This document shows positions 20,192 to 29,794 of a DNA stretch of 64,000 nucleotides, one piece after another. The stretch's first letter is position 1. Every line of letters begins with the position of its first letter. A program made the position numbers and the translations under genes. Location: IMG/VR virus record IMGVR_UViG_3300022516_000001; one strand, 5' to 3'. Under the pieces are notes generated by a model. It saw only the letters and a program-made list of their open reading frames with translations, ran no database searches and was not told the DNA's origin. The stretch is from an uncultured virus (IMG/VR IMGVR_UViG_3300022516_000001) (lineage: Duplodnaviria; Heunggongvirae; Uroviricota; Caudoviricetes).

Positions 20192-20845
20192 AATCAAAAG
20201 ATTGAAAAGGGTATTGCTACAGCTAAATTAAAATTAAACGAACTTGAAACTGAAAAAACCAATGAGAATGAAAATGTATATATTAGAAAAACAAATATTG
20301 GTGAAAAACAATTAAAAATTAAAAATAATGAAGTATTAATTATAGATTTTAAAGCACAAGAATATAGAGATACGGTTATGAATCTTTATAAAAAATGCGT
20401 TCATCGGGATGGTATACCAAGACAAATGTTAAGTAATTATATTATACCAAAAATTAATTTAACTCTGGAAAATATATTATCTGTTGCACAATTTAAAGTA
20501 TGGCTTGATTTAGATGAACTTAGACCCAAATTAAAATATAATGACAGACCTGCAATTATTGATTGTATTAGTGCTAGTGGTAAGGAAAGAACATTTTCTA
20601 GTGTAGTATTGAAATTTGCATTAAATCAAATTAATGTAAAAGCAAAACCAACAATATTTTTACTTGATGAAGTAATGGGTAAATTAGATGAGGATAGTAT
20701 TGAAGAATTTATTGAAATATTACAATTAATAAAAAATAATATGAAGAAAGTATTGGTTGTTGAACATAATGCAAATATTAATCCTGATTATTTAATTAAT
20801 GTCGAATTAAATGAAGATGGAATATCATCACTTATATTAGAATAA
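20192..20845 (+). CDS. C-terminal SbcC/Rad50 ATPase half, in frame with the upstream ORF after a single TAA
   Basis: ASGKE signature, LLDE Walker B, VEH; frame open from 20192; first ATG at 20378. Confidence 0.8.
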   Translation, partial: NQKIEKGIATAKLKLNELETEKTNENENVYIRKTNIGEKQLKIKNNEVLIIDFKAQEYRDTVMNLYKKCVHRDGIPRQMLSNYIIPKINLTLENILSVAQFKVWLDLDELRPKLKYNDRPAIIDCISASGKERTFSSVVLKFALNQINVKAKPTIFLLDEVMGKLDEDSIEEFIEILQLIKNNMKKVLVVEHNANINPDYLINVELNEDGISSLILE

Positions 20846-20883
20846 AAACGTATTCTAAAACTATTTATGGATAAACTGTAGAT

Positions 20884-22035
20884 ATGGATTTAAAAAAATA
20901 TGATGAATTAAGAAAAAAGATTAACACTAAAGACTTTGAGGGTAATAATAAGGGTCTTGATAAGTGGTTATATTTATTCTCTTTTATTGGAAATGCTGGT
21001 TCTATTTTCTTTTCATACTTTCTTGTATATCCGGGTTTATTAAAAGCAATTACAATTAATTTAATCGGTGGTATTTGGGCAAGTATTTTTGCATTTACTT
21101 TCACAATAATATTTCTTGTTATTTTTGAAGTAATTAAACGATATTTAATTAGGAGTTTTTCAACAGATTTTGTTTCAAATAAAAAGAAAATAAAAGCAAG
21201 TATTGTTGGTTGGTTAACAATATCAGTTTCAATAATTCTTTTGAGCTTTTACTTATCAATAATTGGTTCAAAAAATTTGGCATCAACAAGCACTTATAAA
21301 GATAATGTTATTGAAAATAAAACAACAAATATTACCGATAGTTTATCAATATTATATGAAAAGAAAAAGAAAACATATGAGGATGATAATACAACTTTAA
21401 GAATGATTAATAATGATTTACGTCAAAAATTAACAGAAACTCCAGTTACTTATATAACAATTAGAAATCAATATCAAGCAAATATTGATAAAAATGTAAA
21501 AATTATTGAAATTAATCAAAATGAAGTGGATAAAATCGAAGATAAATTATCTCAAAATGTTGTTGATTTAAAAACAAATCTTAGTGAAGTAAAAAATGTT
21601 AATAAGACAGAAGATGTACAAAACATTATTTTATTTGTAATTGTTGCATGTTTTTGTGAAATTATCATTTTTGCTGGTGTATATTTTAGAGAATGGTTTG
21701 AATATAATTTATTTATTATACATCAACAAAAATTTGAAAAAATATATACGAAAAAAGATAGATATCGTTCACTATTAACATTTGTATATAATGATGGTAA
21801 ATTAACAAATGGCGATAAAGTAATAAGTGGTTTAGAATTAAAAGAATTGGTTGCTGAGAAAACAAATATAGGAAATTCTAATAAAATGGTTGAAGGATTT
21901 TTATTTGATATGGATAGACTTGGAGTGTTTAATACTGTTGGTAAAAGAAGATTTATTGCTGTAACATATCATGAAGCAATGAATATAATTGAAAGTTTTG
22001 ATGATACATTGAGAATATTAGAAAATATGAAATAA
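20884..22035 (+). CDS. multi-pass membrane protein with coiled coil
   Basis: About four hydrophobic segments flanking a coiled-coil region. Confidence 0.65.
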   Translation: MDLKKYDELRKKINTKDFEGNNKGLDKWLYLFSFIGNAGSIFFSYFLVYPGLLKAITINLIGGIWASIFAFTFTIIFLVIFEVIKRYLIRSFSTDFVSNKKKIKASIVGWLTISVSIILLSFYLSIIGSKNLASTSTYKDNVIENKTTNITDSLSILYEKKKKTYEDDNTTLRMINNDLRQKLTETPVTYITIRNQYQANIDKNVKIIEINQNEVDKIEDKLSQNVVDLKTNLSEVKNVNKTEDVQNIILFVIVACFCEIIIFAGVYFREWFEYNLFIIHQQKFEKIYTKKDRYRSLLTFVYNDGKLTNGDKVISGLELKELVAEKTNIGNSNKMVEGFLFDMDRLGVFNTVGKRRFIAVTYHEAMNIIESFDDTLRILENMK

Positions 22036-22037
22036 TT

Positions 22038-22232
22038 ATGAAAAATATTGAAGCATTAGAAAAAGGTAGACTCATTAAAGAGGCATTAAAAATTGTAGAT
22101 AAACTTGCTAAATCAGATTTGGCAGATATAGACGGTAAATTTACAAATGATGATTTTGATTATGGAAGTTTACAAGATTTAATAATAAAATCTCGTTCAT
22201 TAAAGAAAAATCAATGGTGGAAATTATTTTAA
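22038..22232 (+). CDS. hypothetical protein
   Basis: Tightly packed ORF. Confidence 0.55.
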   Translation: MKNIEALEKGRLIKEALKIVDKLAKSDLADIDGKFTNDDFDYGSLQDLIIKSRSLKKNQWWKLF

Positions 22233-22235
22233 AAT

Positions 22236-22415
22236 ATGATTAGTCAAAGTGAAAATATAATTAAACGCTTACGAAAAGAAGGCAAAGTGACTGAAGTAAT
22301 TATGACTTCTGAACAAATATCTGAATGGATGAAACAAATGGTGAAAATTAAAGAAGAATTTAGAATAAAAGAAATTAATTCTTGGCAAGCAGCTAAAGAT
22401 GTGTATTTAGATTAA
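22236..22415 (+). CDS. hypothetical protein (59 aa, not in the ORF track)
   Basis: MISQSENII...KDVYLD fills the gap between neighbours. Confidence 0.5.
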   Translation: MISQSENIIKRLRKEGKVTEVIMTSEQISEWMKQMVKIKEEFRIKEINSWQAAKDVYLD

Positions 22416-22427
22416 ATTAAAATAATT

Positions 22428-22889
22428 ATGAGTAAAACAGACTGGAATTTAAGATTTATGAGAATGGCTGATTTAGAGGTGGCTCAATGGAGTAAAGACC
22501 GTTCGAGAAAAATTGGTGCAGTAATTATTAAAGACAGAGAAATAGTTACAACTGGTTTTAATGGAATGCCACGAGGTGTTAATGATGATGTTGATGCCCG
22601 TCATGAAAAACCCGAAAAATATCATTGGTTTATCCACGCAGAATCCAATGCAATAATTAATGCAGCACGACAAGGTAAAAGTACATTAGGTGCTGATATA
22701 TATGTTAATTTATTTCCTTGTGATACATGCGCTGGATTTATTGTTCAAGCAGGAATAAAAAAAGTTTTCTGTGATAAAGAACCTGATTTTAATGACCCTA
22801 AATTTGGTGAAGGATTTAAAAGGGCATTGATAATTTTATCTGAAGGAAGTGTAGAAGTTATATACATGAATTATGATGCACATAGATAA
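22428..22889 (+). CDS. dCMP deaminase
   Basis: SKD...IGAVI, TGFNGMP, HAESNA, PCDTC. Confidence 0.9.
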   Translation: MSKTDWNLRFMRMADLEVAQWSKDRSRKIGAVIIKDREIVTTGFNGMPRGVNDDVDARHEKPEKYHWFIHAESNAIINAARQGKSTLGADIYVNLFPCDTCAGFIVQAGIKKVFCDKEPDFNDPKFGEGFKRALIILSEGSVEVIYMNYDAHR

Positions 22890-23487
22890 TGAAACATATA
22901 AAATAAATGAAGTAAATCGTCATAAAACTCAAACAGTTAAAACACAAATTGTATTGGCATCAAGTTTGAGAAAAGATAGTTATTATATTACTAGATTATT
23001 ACATAAAGATTTTGGTAAAACAAAAAAATGGAACACATATACTATTAGTAGAGATGGAACTATTTTTCAACATTACGATAATAAATATCATTCAGATTTT
23101 CTTGGCATTAAAGAAGTAGATAAACAATCTGTTTCAATTATAATGGAAAACATGGGAAGTTTATTTCAAACAACTGAAGGAAAACATATTAATTGGATAA
23201 ATGAAGTTTGTGATGAACAAAATGTAATTGAAAAACAATGGTATGGATATAATTATTGGGAAAAATTTTCAGATACACAATTAGAAAGTTTAGTATTACT
23301 TTGTGAGGAATTATGTGAACAATTCAATATTCCAAAAGTTTGCATTGAATTTCATCATTATCATAAAGATACTATTAAATTTAGAGGTATTGTATTTAGA
23401 AGTAATTATATCGAAGATAGTAGTGATATAAATCCATTATTTGATATTTCCAAATTCAATGAAATGTTACATAAAGAACTTGTATGA
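22873..23487 (+). CDS. Amidase_2-like protein, apparently lacking zinc ligands
   Basis: YTISRDGTIFQ, SVSIIMEN, FSDTQLESL, SDINP; the usual His ligands are absent. Confidence 0.55.
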   Translation: MMHIDNETYKINEVNRHKTQTVKTQIVLASSLRKDSYYITRLLHKDFGKTKKWNTYTISRDGTIFQHYDNKYHSDFLGIKEVDKQSVSIIMENMGSLFQTTEGKHINWINEVCDEQNVIEKQWYGYNYWEKFSDTQLESLVLLCEELCEQFNIPKVCIEFHHYHKDTIKFRGIVFRSNYIEDSSDINPLFDISKFNEMLHKELV

Positions 23488-23612
23488 AAAAAATTATAAG
23501 AAAAATTGGAGATTGGTGGTGGTTAAATGTTGGTTTTCATCATTACATGCATAAATTAGAGAAATATGTTAAAAAGAATTCAATTGTTTTAATATATACT
23601 GATGTTGATTAA

Positions 23613-23621
23613 GTATTTATA
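23613..23621 (+). promoter_or_regulatory. putative late promoter GTATTTATA
   Basis: Begins 20 nt before ATG; 23-bp context identical to 25007-25029. Confidence 0.65.
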
Positions 23622-23632
23622 ATAAAATTTAT

Positions 23633-24139
23633 ATGGATAATAAAAATATAAACAACAAAAGTACACCGAATCAAATGCGTATTCTTATGAAAAGAATACG
23701 TGAAGGAAAATATGAAGCAAGTGAATCACCAAAAGAAATGAAGAAGGATTTATCTATACGTGATATGCTTAAAATTACACGTAAAATTAATGAGGGTATT
23801 GGTGATGATGAACAAAAAATAGCACAGAATAAAAAAACCGTCTATGACCAAAGCAGAGAAGAAGAAAAATTTAATGATTTTTTTAGAGATATGAATGTTA
23901 ATATTAAATTCATTGATTTAGAAATTTATGATAATTTGGTTTTCTGGGGTGGTACAATTGATGGTGTAATTCAATTTATTTATAAAGTAACACCCGATGA
24001 AAAAACATCAGGAGTTGAATTTAATTATTTGGAAGATTTTTCACCAGATAATCCCGAAAATGATGAAATTGTAGGTAGAATTGAATCATATTATGATACA
24101 TTTTTTAAATACTGGAGAAATAACATGTTACAACAATAA
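23633..24139 (+). CDS. hypothetical late protein (possible head protein)
   Basis: Late motif upstream; IRE and INE motifs. Confidence 0.55.
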   Translation: MDNKNINNKSTPNQMRILMKRIREGKYEASESPKEMKKDLSIRDMLKITRKINEGIGDDEQKIAQNKKTVYDQSREEEKFNDFFRDMNVNIKFIDLEIYDNLVFWGGTIDGVIQFIYKVTPDEKTSGVEFNYLEDFSPDNPENDEIVGRIESYYDTFFKYWRNNMLQQ

Positions 24140-24150
24140 TAATTAAATTT

Positions 24151-24936
24151 ATGAACGCAATATTATTAAAATTTTGGACGTTTTTAAAACAAAAAAACAA
24201 TATGTTAATTGCAATTGTAATTGCTATCATTTTGTTTTTGTCTATAGTCGATTATTTTCAACATAAGAAAATTGTAGGACTGAAAGATAAATATGATACA
24301 GAAGTTAAATTAAAAGATGCTTTGCTGGATACTGTTCATGTTTATAAAAATAAACAAGGCGAAATGGTTGCTGAAAAATTGACAATGCAAGAAACAGTAA
24401 AAAATCTTAGCAAAATGTATGGTCAATTAACTGCTTCTCAACAAGAATTGATGGATAGAGTAAAAGATATTAATAAAAAGAATGATATTATTGCAGCAGC
24501 ATTAATTCAAACCAATGTAAATCTTGATTCACTAAAAGGTGGAAAAGTTAGTATCAATGAAAAAGATAGTAGCATTACTTTTAAAGATTCAACAAAAAAT
24601 ATTAAATATGATTTATTAATTAGTCATGCAATTCCCGCATTAAAAAATGTTAAACCATTATTAACATTTAAAGAATTTTTACTACCAAATAAACAATTTA
24701 TTGAATTTCATTGGGATAAAAAAGCAAAAACTGATTATCCCGTATCATTTAGTGTAAGTAATAGTAATGATTATTTTAAAACAGTAAATATTGATAGTTA
24801 TGCAATTCCTGCAATTAATAAAGATAAGATAGATAAATCTGATTGGAAAAAATTTACTGATTGGATTGGAAAAAATAGTAAATATGTATTAATTGGTGGT
24901 GCTGGTGTTGCAGTAGGACATTTTCTTATAAAATAA
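24151..24936 (+). CDS. membrane-anchored coiled-coil protein (possibly spanin-like)
   Basis: N-terminal TM segment, coiled coil, C-terminal hydrophobic tail. Confidence 0.5.
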   Translation: MNAILLKFWTFLKQKNNMLIAIVIAIILFLSIVDYFQHKKIVGLKDKYDTEVKLKDALLDTVHVYKNKQGEMVAEKLTMQETVKNLSKMYGQLTASQQELMDRVKDINKKNDIIAAALIQTNVNLDSLKGGKVSINEKDSSITFKDSTKNIKYDLLISHAIPALKNVKPLLTFKEFLLPNKQFIEFHWDKKAKTDYPVSFSVSNSNDYFKTVNIDSYAIPAINKDKIDKSDWKKFTDWIGKNSKYVLIGGAGVAVGHFLIK

Positions 24937-24960
24937 AAATATGTTTAAGCAAACATATTC

Positions 24961-24994
24961 AAGAACACATGTTTTATTAATATGCGTTCTTTTT
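24961..24994 (+). terminator. putative terminator
   Basis: AAGAACACAT/ATGCGTTCTT imperfect stem followed by Ts. Confidence 0.55.
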
Positions 24995-25012
24995 ATTTTT
25001 AATGCCGATTAA

Positions 25013-25021
25013 GTATTTATA
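25013..25021 (+). promoter_or_regulatory. putative late promoter GTATTTATA
   Basis: Begins 22 nt before ATG 25035. Confidence 0.65.
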
Positions 25022-25034
25022 ATAAAATTATTAT

Positions 25035-25241
25035 ATGAATAATGATGATGTAAAAAAAATCGTTAATGATGAAATTAATAAGTTTGTTAATGATGCTTTA
25101 GATAGGGAAGTTAAGAAAATACTTAAAAAATCTGGAAGTCAAACAAGAAATGAAATGATTTCAACAATAAAAGATAGTATGGAAATGGTGTTTAAGACAT
25201 TATGGGTTAAAAAGGATTTTTGGAAGACAGGAATTAAGTAA
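25035..25241 (+). CDS. hypothetical late protein
   Basis: 68 aa ORF behind a late motif. Confidence 0.6.
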   Translation: MNNDDVKKIVNDEINKFVNDALDREVKKILKKSGSQTRNEMISTIKDSMEMVFKTLWVKKDFWKTGIK

Positions 25242-25262
25242 TCGATTGATTATTAATGAGTT

Positions 25263-26165
25263 ATGAGAAGTAAAGAAGCAATTGCAAAAAGTAAAAGAAA
25301 TTATTATCTAAGAAATAAAGAAAAGATATCACAATATGCTAAAGAATATGTTCAAAAGAATAAAGAAAAAATTTCACAACGTCAAAAAAGATGGTCGTTA
25401 ATAAATAAAGAAAAAATTAAAAATCGATTATCTGAATATTATCAAAATAATTCTAATATAATAAAAAAACGTAGTTCTGAACGTTATTTAAATCAAAATA
25501 ATAAAATTCGATTAAAACAAAAAGAATATTATAAAAAGAATAAAGAAAAAATTTCAAATATTATTTTAAAATATCGTGAAAAACATAAAGACAAAATTTC
25601 AAAATATTTAAAAAATTATAATAAAATTAATAAAGAAAAAATTGTAAAGCAAAGGTCTGAAAATTATTTTAGAAATAAAGAAGAACGAAATAAAAAAAAT
25701 AAAGAATATAGAGAAAAAAATGGTGAGAAAATTAAGGAATATAACATAAAACGTAAAGAATGGATAAAAAATTATAATTATATATATAAAAAGAATAGAA
25801 ATTCTAATGATGCTTTATATAAACTAACGACTAATATTAGAAGTTTAATTCGTTGTTCCATAAAATTAAAAGGCAATAAAAAATCGTCAAAAACACAAGA
25901 TATTCTCGGTTGTACGTTTGAAGAATTTAAAAAACATTTAGAATCAAAATTTGAACCTTGGATGAATTGGAATAATTATGGGAATTGGAATGGATATCCC
26001 AAAGAAATAAATACTGCATGGGATATTGACCATATAGTACCAATGTCAACAGCAAAAACCGAAAAAGATGTTTTAAAGTTAAATCATTATACCAATTTTC
26101 AACCGCTTTGTTCATACACCAATAGACATATTAAATCGGGAAATATTATTACTATAAACAATTGA
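25263..26165 (+). CDS. HNH-type putative homing endonuclease with basic helical repeats
   Basis: YxxxNKEKI repeats; WDIDHIVP...HYTNFQPL...N. Confidence 0.7.
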   Translation: MRSKEAIAKSKRNYYLRNKEKISQYAKEYVQKNKEKISQRQKRWSLINKEKIKNRLSEYYQNNSNIIKKRSSERYLNQNNKIRLKQKEYYKKNKEKISNIILKYREKHKDKISKYLKNYNKINKEKIVKQRSENYFRNKEERNKKNKEYREKNGEKIKEYNIKRKEWIKNYNYIYKKNRNSNDALYKLTTNIRSLIRCSIKLKGNKKSSKTQDILGCTFEEFKKHLESKFEPWMNWNNYGNWNGYPKEINTAWDIDHIVPMSTAKTEKDVLKLNHYTNFQPLCSYTNRHIKSGNIITINN

Positions 26166-26175
26166 TAATATTCAA

Positions 26176-26184
26176 GTATTTATA
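26176..26184 (+). promoter_or_regulatory. putative late promoter GTATTTATA
   Basis: Begins 26 nt before ATG 26202. Confidence 0.65.
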
Positions 26185-26201
26185 CTAAAAAAGAACAAAT
26201 A

Positions 26202-29200
26202 ATGGCAACATTTAAACCAACATTAGCAAAACCGATAAGTGTACAGTCAAAGAAATATGAAAGTAATTTTAATAAAACTATGCATAACACTGCACCTGAT
26301 GTTAAGTTAAGTGAAAGTATTGTAATGAATGAAATTGATTCATATTTAAATGAAGAAGATTTTAAACTTAAGAAAAAAATATTTTCATTGCCGAAAATGG
26401 AAGCATTAGTTTTTTCTGACCCAAAATTAAGTGCAGAATATAATAAAATGATGGGCGATGGTAAAGATGATAATACTGGAACAAATCGTTATGGATACCA
26501 CGCAAACGAAACCGTTCAAAATATATTGTTCAATGATTATGTGCTTAATAGCCCAAAATATTTACAAAAATATAAAATGGCAATACCTGTAAAAAAAGAA
26601 CGCAGGGACCAAAGCGGCATTAATCAATTAAAACAAGCAGGAGAAGAAAAAATGAAAAAGACTGACAGTACAGGAACTAAATTAGTTGAACCCAAAGTTA
26701 AATCTGAAGTTGATGAAACTAGTGAACCATTAACTAAAGTATTATTTTTAGTTAATGAAAAAGACCCCAAAAATCCTGATTTATTTGCATATTTTCCTGA
26801 AGAAAATTATGACAATAAAGGAAATTTAAAAGTGGGATATTCTCATGTTGGTCAACACGGTGGAGTAGACCCAAGGTATGCAAAAGAAAGTAGACTTGCA
26901 ACTCCTGAAGAATATCAAAATCTTAAAACCGAACTTGAAAGTATTGGTTATAATTTTGATGTATTAAATTCTACAAATGAAAGTACGGGTGCTGCAGGTG
27001 GTTCTGGTGCATTCGCTCCAGCATTAGGATATAAGAAGAATACGATTAGTGAAGAAAATGAAATTGACGAACCAAATGAAGAAGATTGTTTTATTTCATC
27101 AAATGGTTATAAACTTTCAGTTAGTTGTGGTGGAAAATTTATTGGTGAATTTGTTGAAGACCAAGACGCATTTGATGCAGTAAAAACTTGGAAGGATTCT
27201 AATAAATGGTATCCTAATACATGGTTCATTTCAGACCACGGAAATTATTCTTTAGTTGATGATAATGGTAATATTCTTAATGAAATGACTGGTACTGGTG
27301 CTGCAGGTGGTGCAGGTGATACTGGAAGTAATGTAAGTGGTTCAGGGGCATATGTTGGACCTTCAGTATGGGGTAGTGGTGATTTAATGAAAGTAAAGGG
27401 TAAATCAAAAGTAAAAACTAAACCAATGTTTCCCGGTGGTACAATAATTCAAGAAAATAAAAATTATCTTGTTGACCCAAGTGGTTTTGAAAATTTTATT
27501 AAAATATTAAATGAAGAAGACCTTTCATATCAAACAAAATTAGGTCAAGAATATAAACAATCTCATACTGGAAGTAATAAAGGATTAGGCGTTAGTGAAA
27601 TACCACAAACATCAGAACGTGAAAAAAGTAAAAAAGGAATTGATGATAATACATCATTATATATTGGTCAGGATGTCGATAAAATGAGAGATGACGATGT
27701 AAAAATTTTACATAATGATATGACACAAAAACATTCATATTTTCCGCATCCAGATAATCCAAATTTACCTGATGATGGTATTTCAGGTATTAATCAACAA
27801 GGTAAAGAAATAAGTAAACCTTTTGGAACAAACAAAGAAAAAGAAGATAATTTTATTATAGATAAAACAAATGCATTCACCAGTGATGCAGTTAAACATT
27901 GGAATAATAAAGACACTGGTATTGAATTAAATACAATAAAAACTGGCGACCCAGACAAACCAAATCTTAATACAATGGAAGAATCAAAAAAAATCGAAGA
28001 AAAAGCTAAGTCAGCATCACAACAACGTCTTTTTGGTATGGCACATGCAGTACAAAAGGGCGAATTATCTCCAAATAAAGTTAGTGATAAAGTTAATAAA
28101 ATTGCAAAAAATGTTAGTAAAAAAGATGTTGAAGATTTCGCTTCAACTAAACATGATAAATTACCTGACAAGGTAGATGAAGATTCTACAACAATGGCAA
28201 ATGCATCAAAAATGCAACCTAAAGAAGATTCAATGTCAAACAAAATGGATAATACTACAATGCCTGTTGGTATGCAACAAACAAGTGGTGGTATGAACGA
28301 AGATTTTAAATTATTAGAAGAATTAAATAACGAATTGAATGCTTATTCAATTCATCATCAAAAATTAATAAAAATGAGTGAAGATAGAAAACCATCTGCA
28401 TTGGTTTTAAAAGACCGTGTTACTGGTGAAAATCCAGTCAATTTTAAGAAAGACTTACAACATAGTGGTACTAAAGAAATCATTGATGTTGAAAAAGAAC
28501 TTCAATGGAAAGACCAACAAACTGATGTTGGCAAAGACCCACAAAAATTAGGTCAGGATATTGAAGAAAAAGAAATTAAAACAACAGATGCTAAAGGTGA
28601 TGAATCTTTAAAAAATGTTGGCGATAGTACAAATAATAAAGGTGATGAAATTCCAAAACGTAATATGACAACTGAGGAACAAGATGAAGTTAATTTGTAT
28701 CGTAATGGTCAACATAGTTTGGTTTATGATAATGAACCGGGAAAACGTTTTGAAGACCGCATGAAAAAAGACATGGGTGATAAAGTATATAATATAAGAC
28801 AAAAACAACTTAAATTTAAAGGTAAAGCACCCATGTATAATAAAGACCCACAACCAATTGAAAAAGGTATTGATAAAACACAATTTAATAAAGAAAAATC
28901 TGGATTTAATGATGGTAAGGGTCTTAATGAATCAATGGTTACTGGTAGATATATTGATGCTTTAGACAAAAGACGTTTAATTGATTTTAAATTAAATGAA
29001 GTAAAAAATTTAATTACTCCATCTGGAACTGCAAGACAAACAGGTTTGTTTGAACTAGATTTTACTGGATTAGGTAATACATATAATAGTAAAACAATTG
29101 ATAATAAAGTAATCGTTAATGAAGCAGTTGTTAAAGCAATGTCAGAACATAAATTTTATACAGATGGTAAGATAGTATTTGCGATTAAAAATCCTGTTCA

Positions 29201-29336
29201 GAAATTAAATGAAAATGAACAAAAAGTAGAAAAACCAGTAATAAATGAACAAATGGATAAAATGAAACATTTACTTGGCTACAATCCCGAAACATTTACA
29301 AATACGAATAATGTAAAGAAAAATAGAGGATTTTAA
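26202..29336 (+). CDS. large putative internal head protein, multi-module
   Basis: 1044 aa, charged; many (L/I/V/M)-x-E motifs between modules; late motif upstream. Confidence 0.55.
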   Translation: MATFKPTLAKPISVQSKKYESNFNKTMHNTAPDVKLSESIVMNEIDSYLNEEDFKLKKKIFSLPKMEALVFSDPKLSAEYNKMMGDGKDDNTGTNRYGYHANETVQNILFNDYVLNSPKYLQKYKMAIPVKKERRDQSGINQLKQAGEEKMKKTDSTGTKLVEPKVKSEVDETSEPLTKVLFLVNEKDPKNPDLFAYFPEENYDNKGNLKVGYSHVGQHGGVDPRYAKESRLATPEEYQNLKTELESIGYNFDVLNSTNESTGAAGGSGAFAPALGYKKNTISEENEIDEPNEEDCFISSNGYKLSVSCGGKFIGEFVEDQDAFDAVKTWKDSNKWYPNTWFISDHGNYSLVDDNGNILNEMTGTGAAGGAGDTGSNVSGSGAYVGPSVWGSGDLMKVKGKSKVKTKPMFPGGTIIQENKNYLVDPSGFENFIKILNEEDLSYQTKLGQEYKQSHTGSNKGLGVSEIPQTSEREKSKKGIDDNTSLYIGQDVDKMRDDDVKILHNDMTQKHSYFPHPDNPNLPDDGISGINQQGKEISKPFGTNKEKEDNFIIDKTNAFTSDAVKHWNNKDTGIELNTIKTGDPDKPNLNTMEESKKIEEKAKSASQQRLFGMAHAVQKGELSPNKVSDKVNKIAKNVSKKDVEDFASTKHDKLPDKVDEDSTTMANASKMQPKEDSMSNKMDNTTMPVGMQQTSGGMNEDFKLLEELNNELNAYSIHHQKLIKMSEDRKPSALVLKDRVTGENPVNFKKDLQHSGTKEIIDVEKELQWKDQQTDVGKDPQKLGQDIEEKEIKTTDAKGDESLKNVGDSTNNKGDEIPKRNMTTEEQDEVNLYRNGQHSLVYDNEPGKRFEDRMKKDMGDKVYNIRQKQLKFKGKAPMYNKDPQPIEKGIDKTQFNKEKSGFNDGKGLNESMVTGRYIDALDKRRLIDFKLNEVKNLITPSGTARQTGLFELDFTGLGNTYNSKTIDNKVIVNEAVVKAMSEHKFYTDGKIVFAIKNPVQKLNENEQKVEKPVINEQMDKMKHLLGYNPETFTNTNNVKKNRGF

Positions 29337-29339
29337 TAT

Positions 29340-29708
29340 ATGGATGTTAATAAAATAACTAAAGAACAATTTGATACCGCATATAATAAGTATCTGCCAA
29401 ATAAATGGATTAAATTCGCTTACAAATATTTTTCAAATGAAACTGAAAAGAAAAACATGTCATTAAAAAATACTATTTTATATGTTTTATTTGGATTATT
29501 TGGTGTTGGATTTATATGTACTATTTTTGGTTTATCAAAACCAATAATAGTTACTATTACAATTATATATAGTATTTTACTTGTAGTACTTGTATTTTAT
29601 TTATTCAGTGCAGTGTTTCTTAACAATCTTAGAATAAATAAAATTTGTGAAAAACTCAATATAACTAAAGAAGAATATAATACTTTAGTTACAAAAATTT
29701 ATAGCTAA
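29340..29708 (+). CDS. two-TM membrane protein
   Basis: Two hydrophobic helices; lies near the lysin (holin candidate). Confidence 0.55.
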   Translation: MDVNKITKEQFDTAYNKYLPNKWIKFAYKYFSNETEKKNMSLKNTILYVLFGLFGVGFICTIFGLSKPIIVTITIIYSILLVVLVFYLFSAVFLNNLRINKICEKLNITKEEYNTLVTKIYS

Positions 29709-29733
29709 TTTGAGATTAATTTCTTAAATTTGT

Positions 29734-29761
29734 AAGGGTATTATGTATTTAATACCCTTTT
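29734..29761 (+). terminator. rho-independent terminator
   Basis: AAGGGTATTA/TAATACCCTT stem followed by Ts. Confidence 0.7.
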
Positions 29762-29794
29762 ACATTTATAAGTATTTATGAGAAAAATATAATA

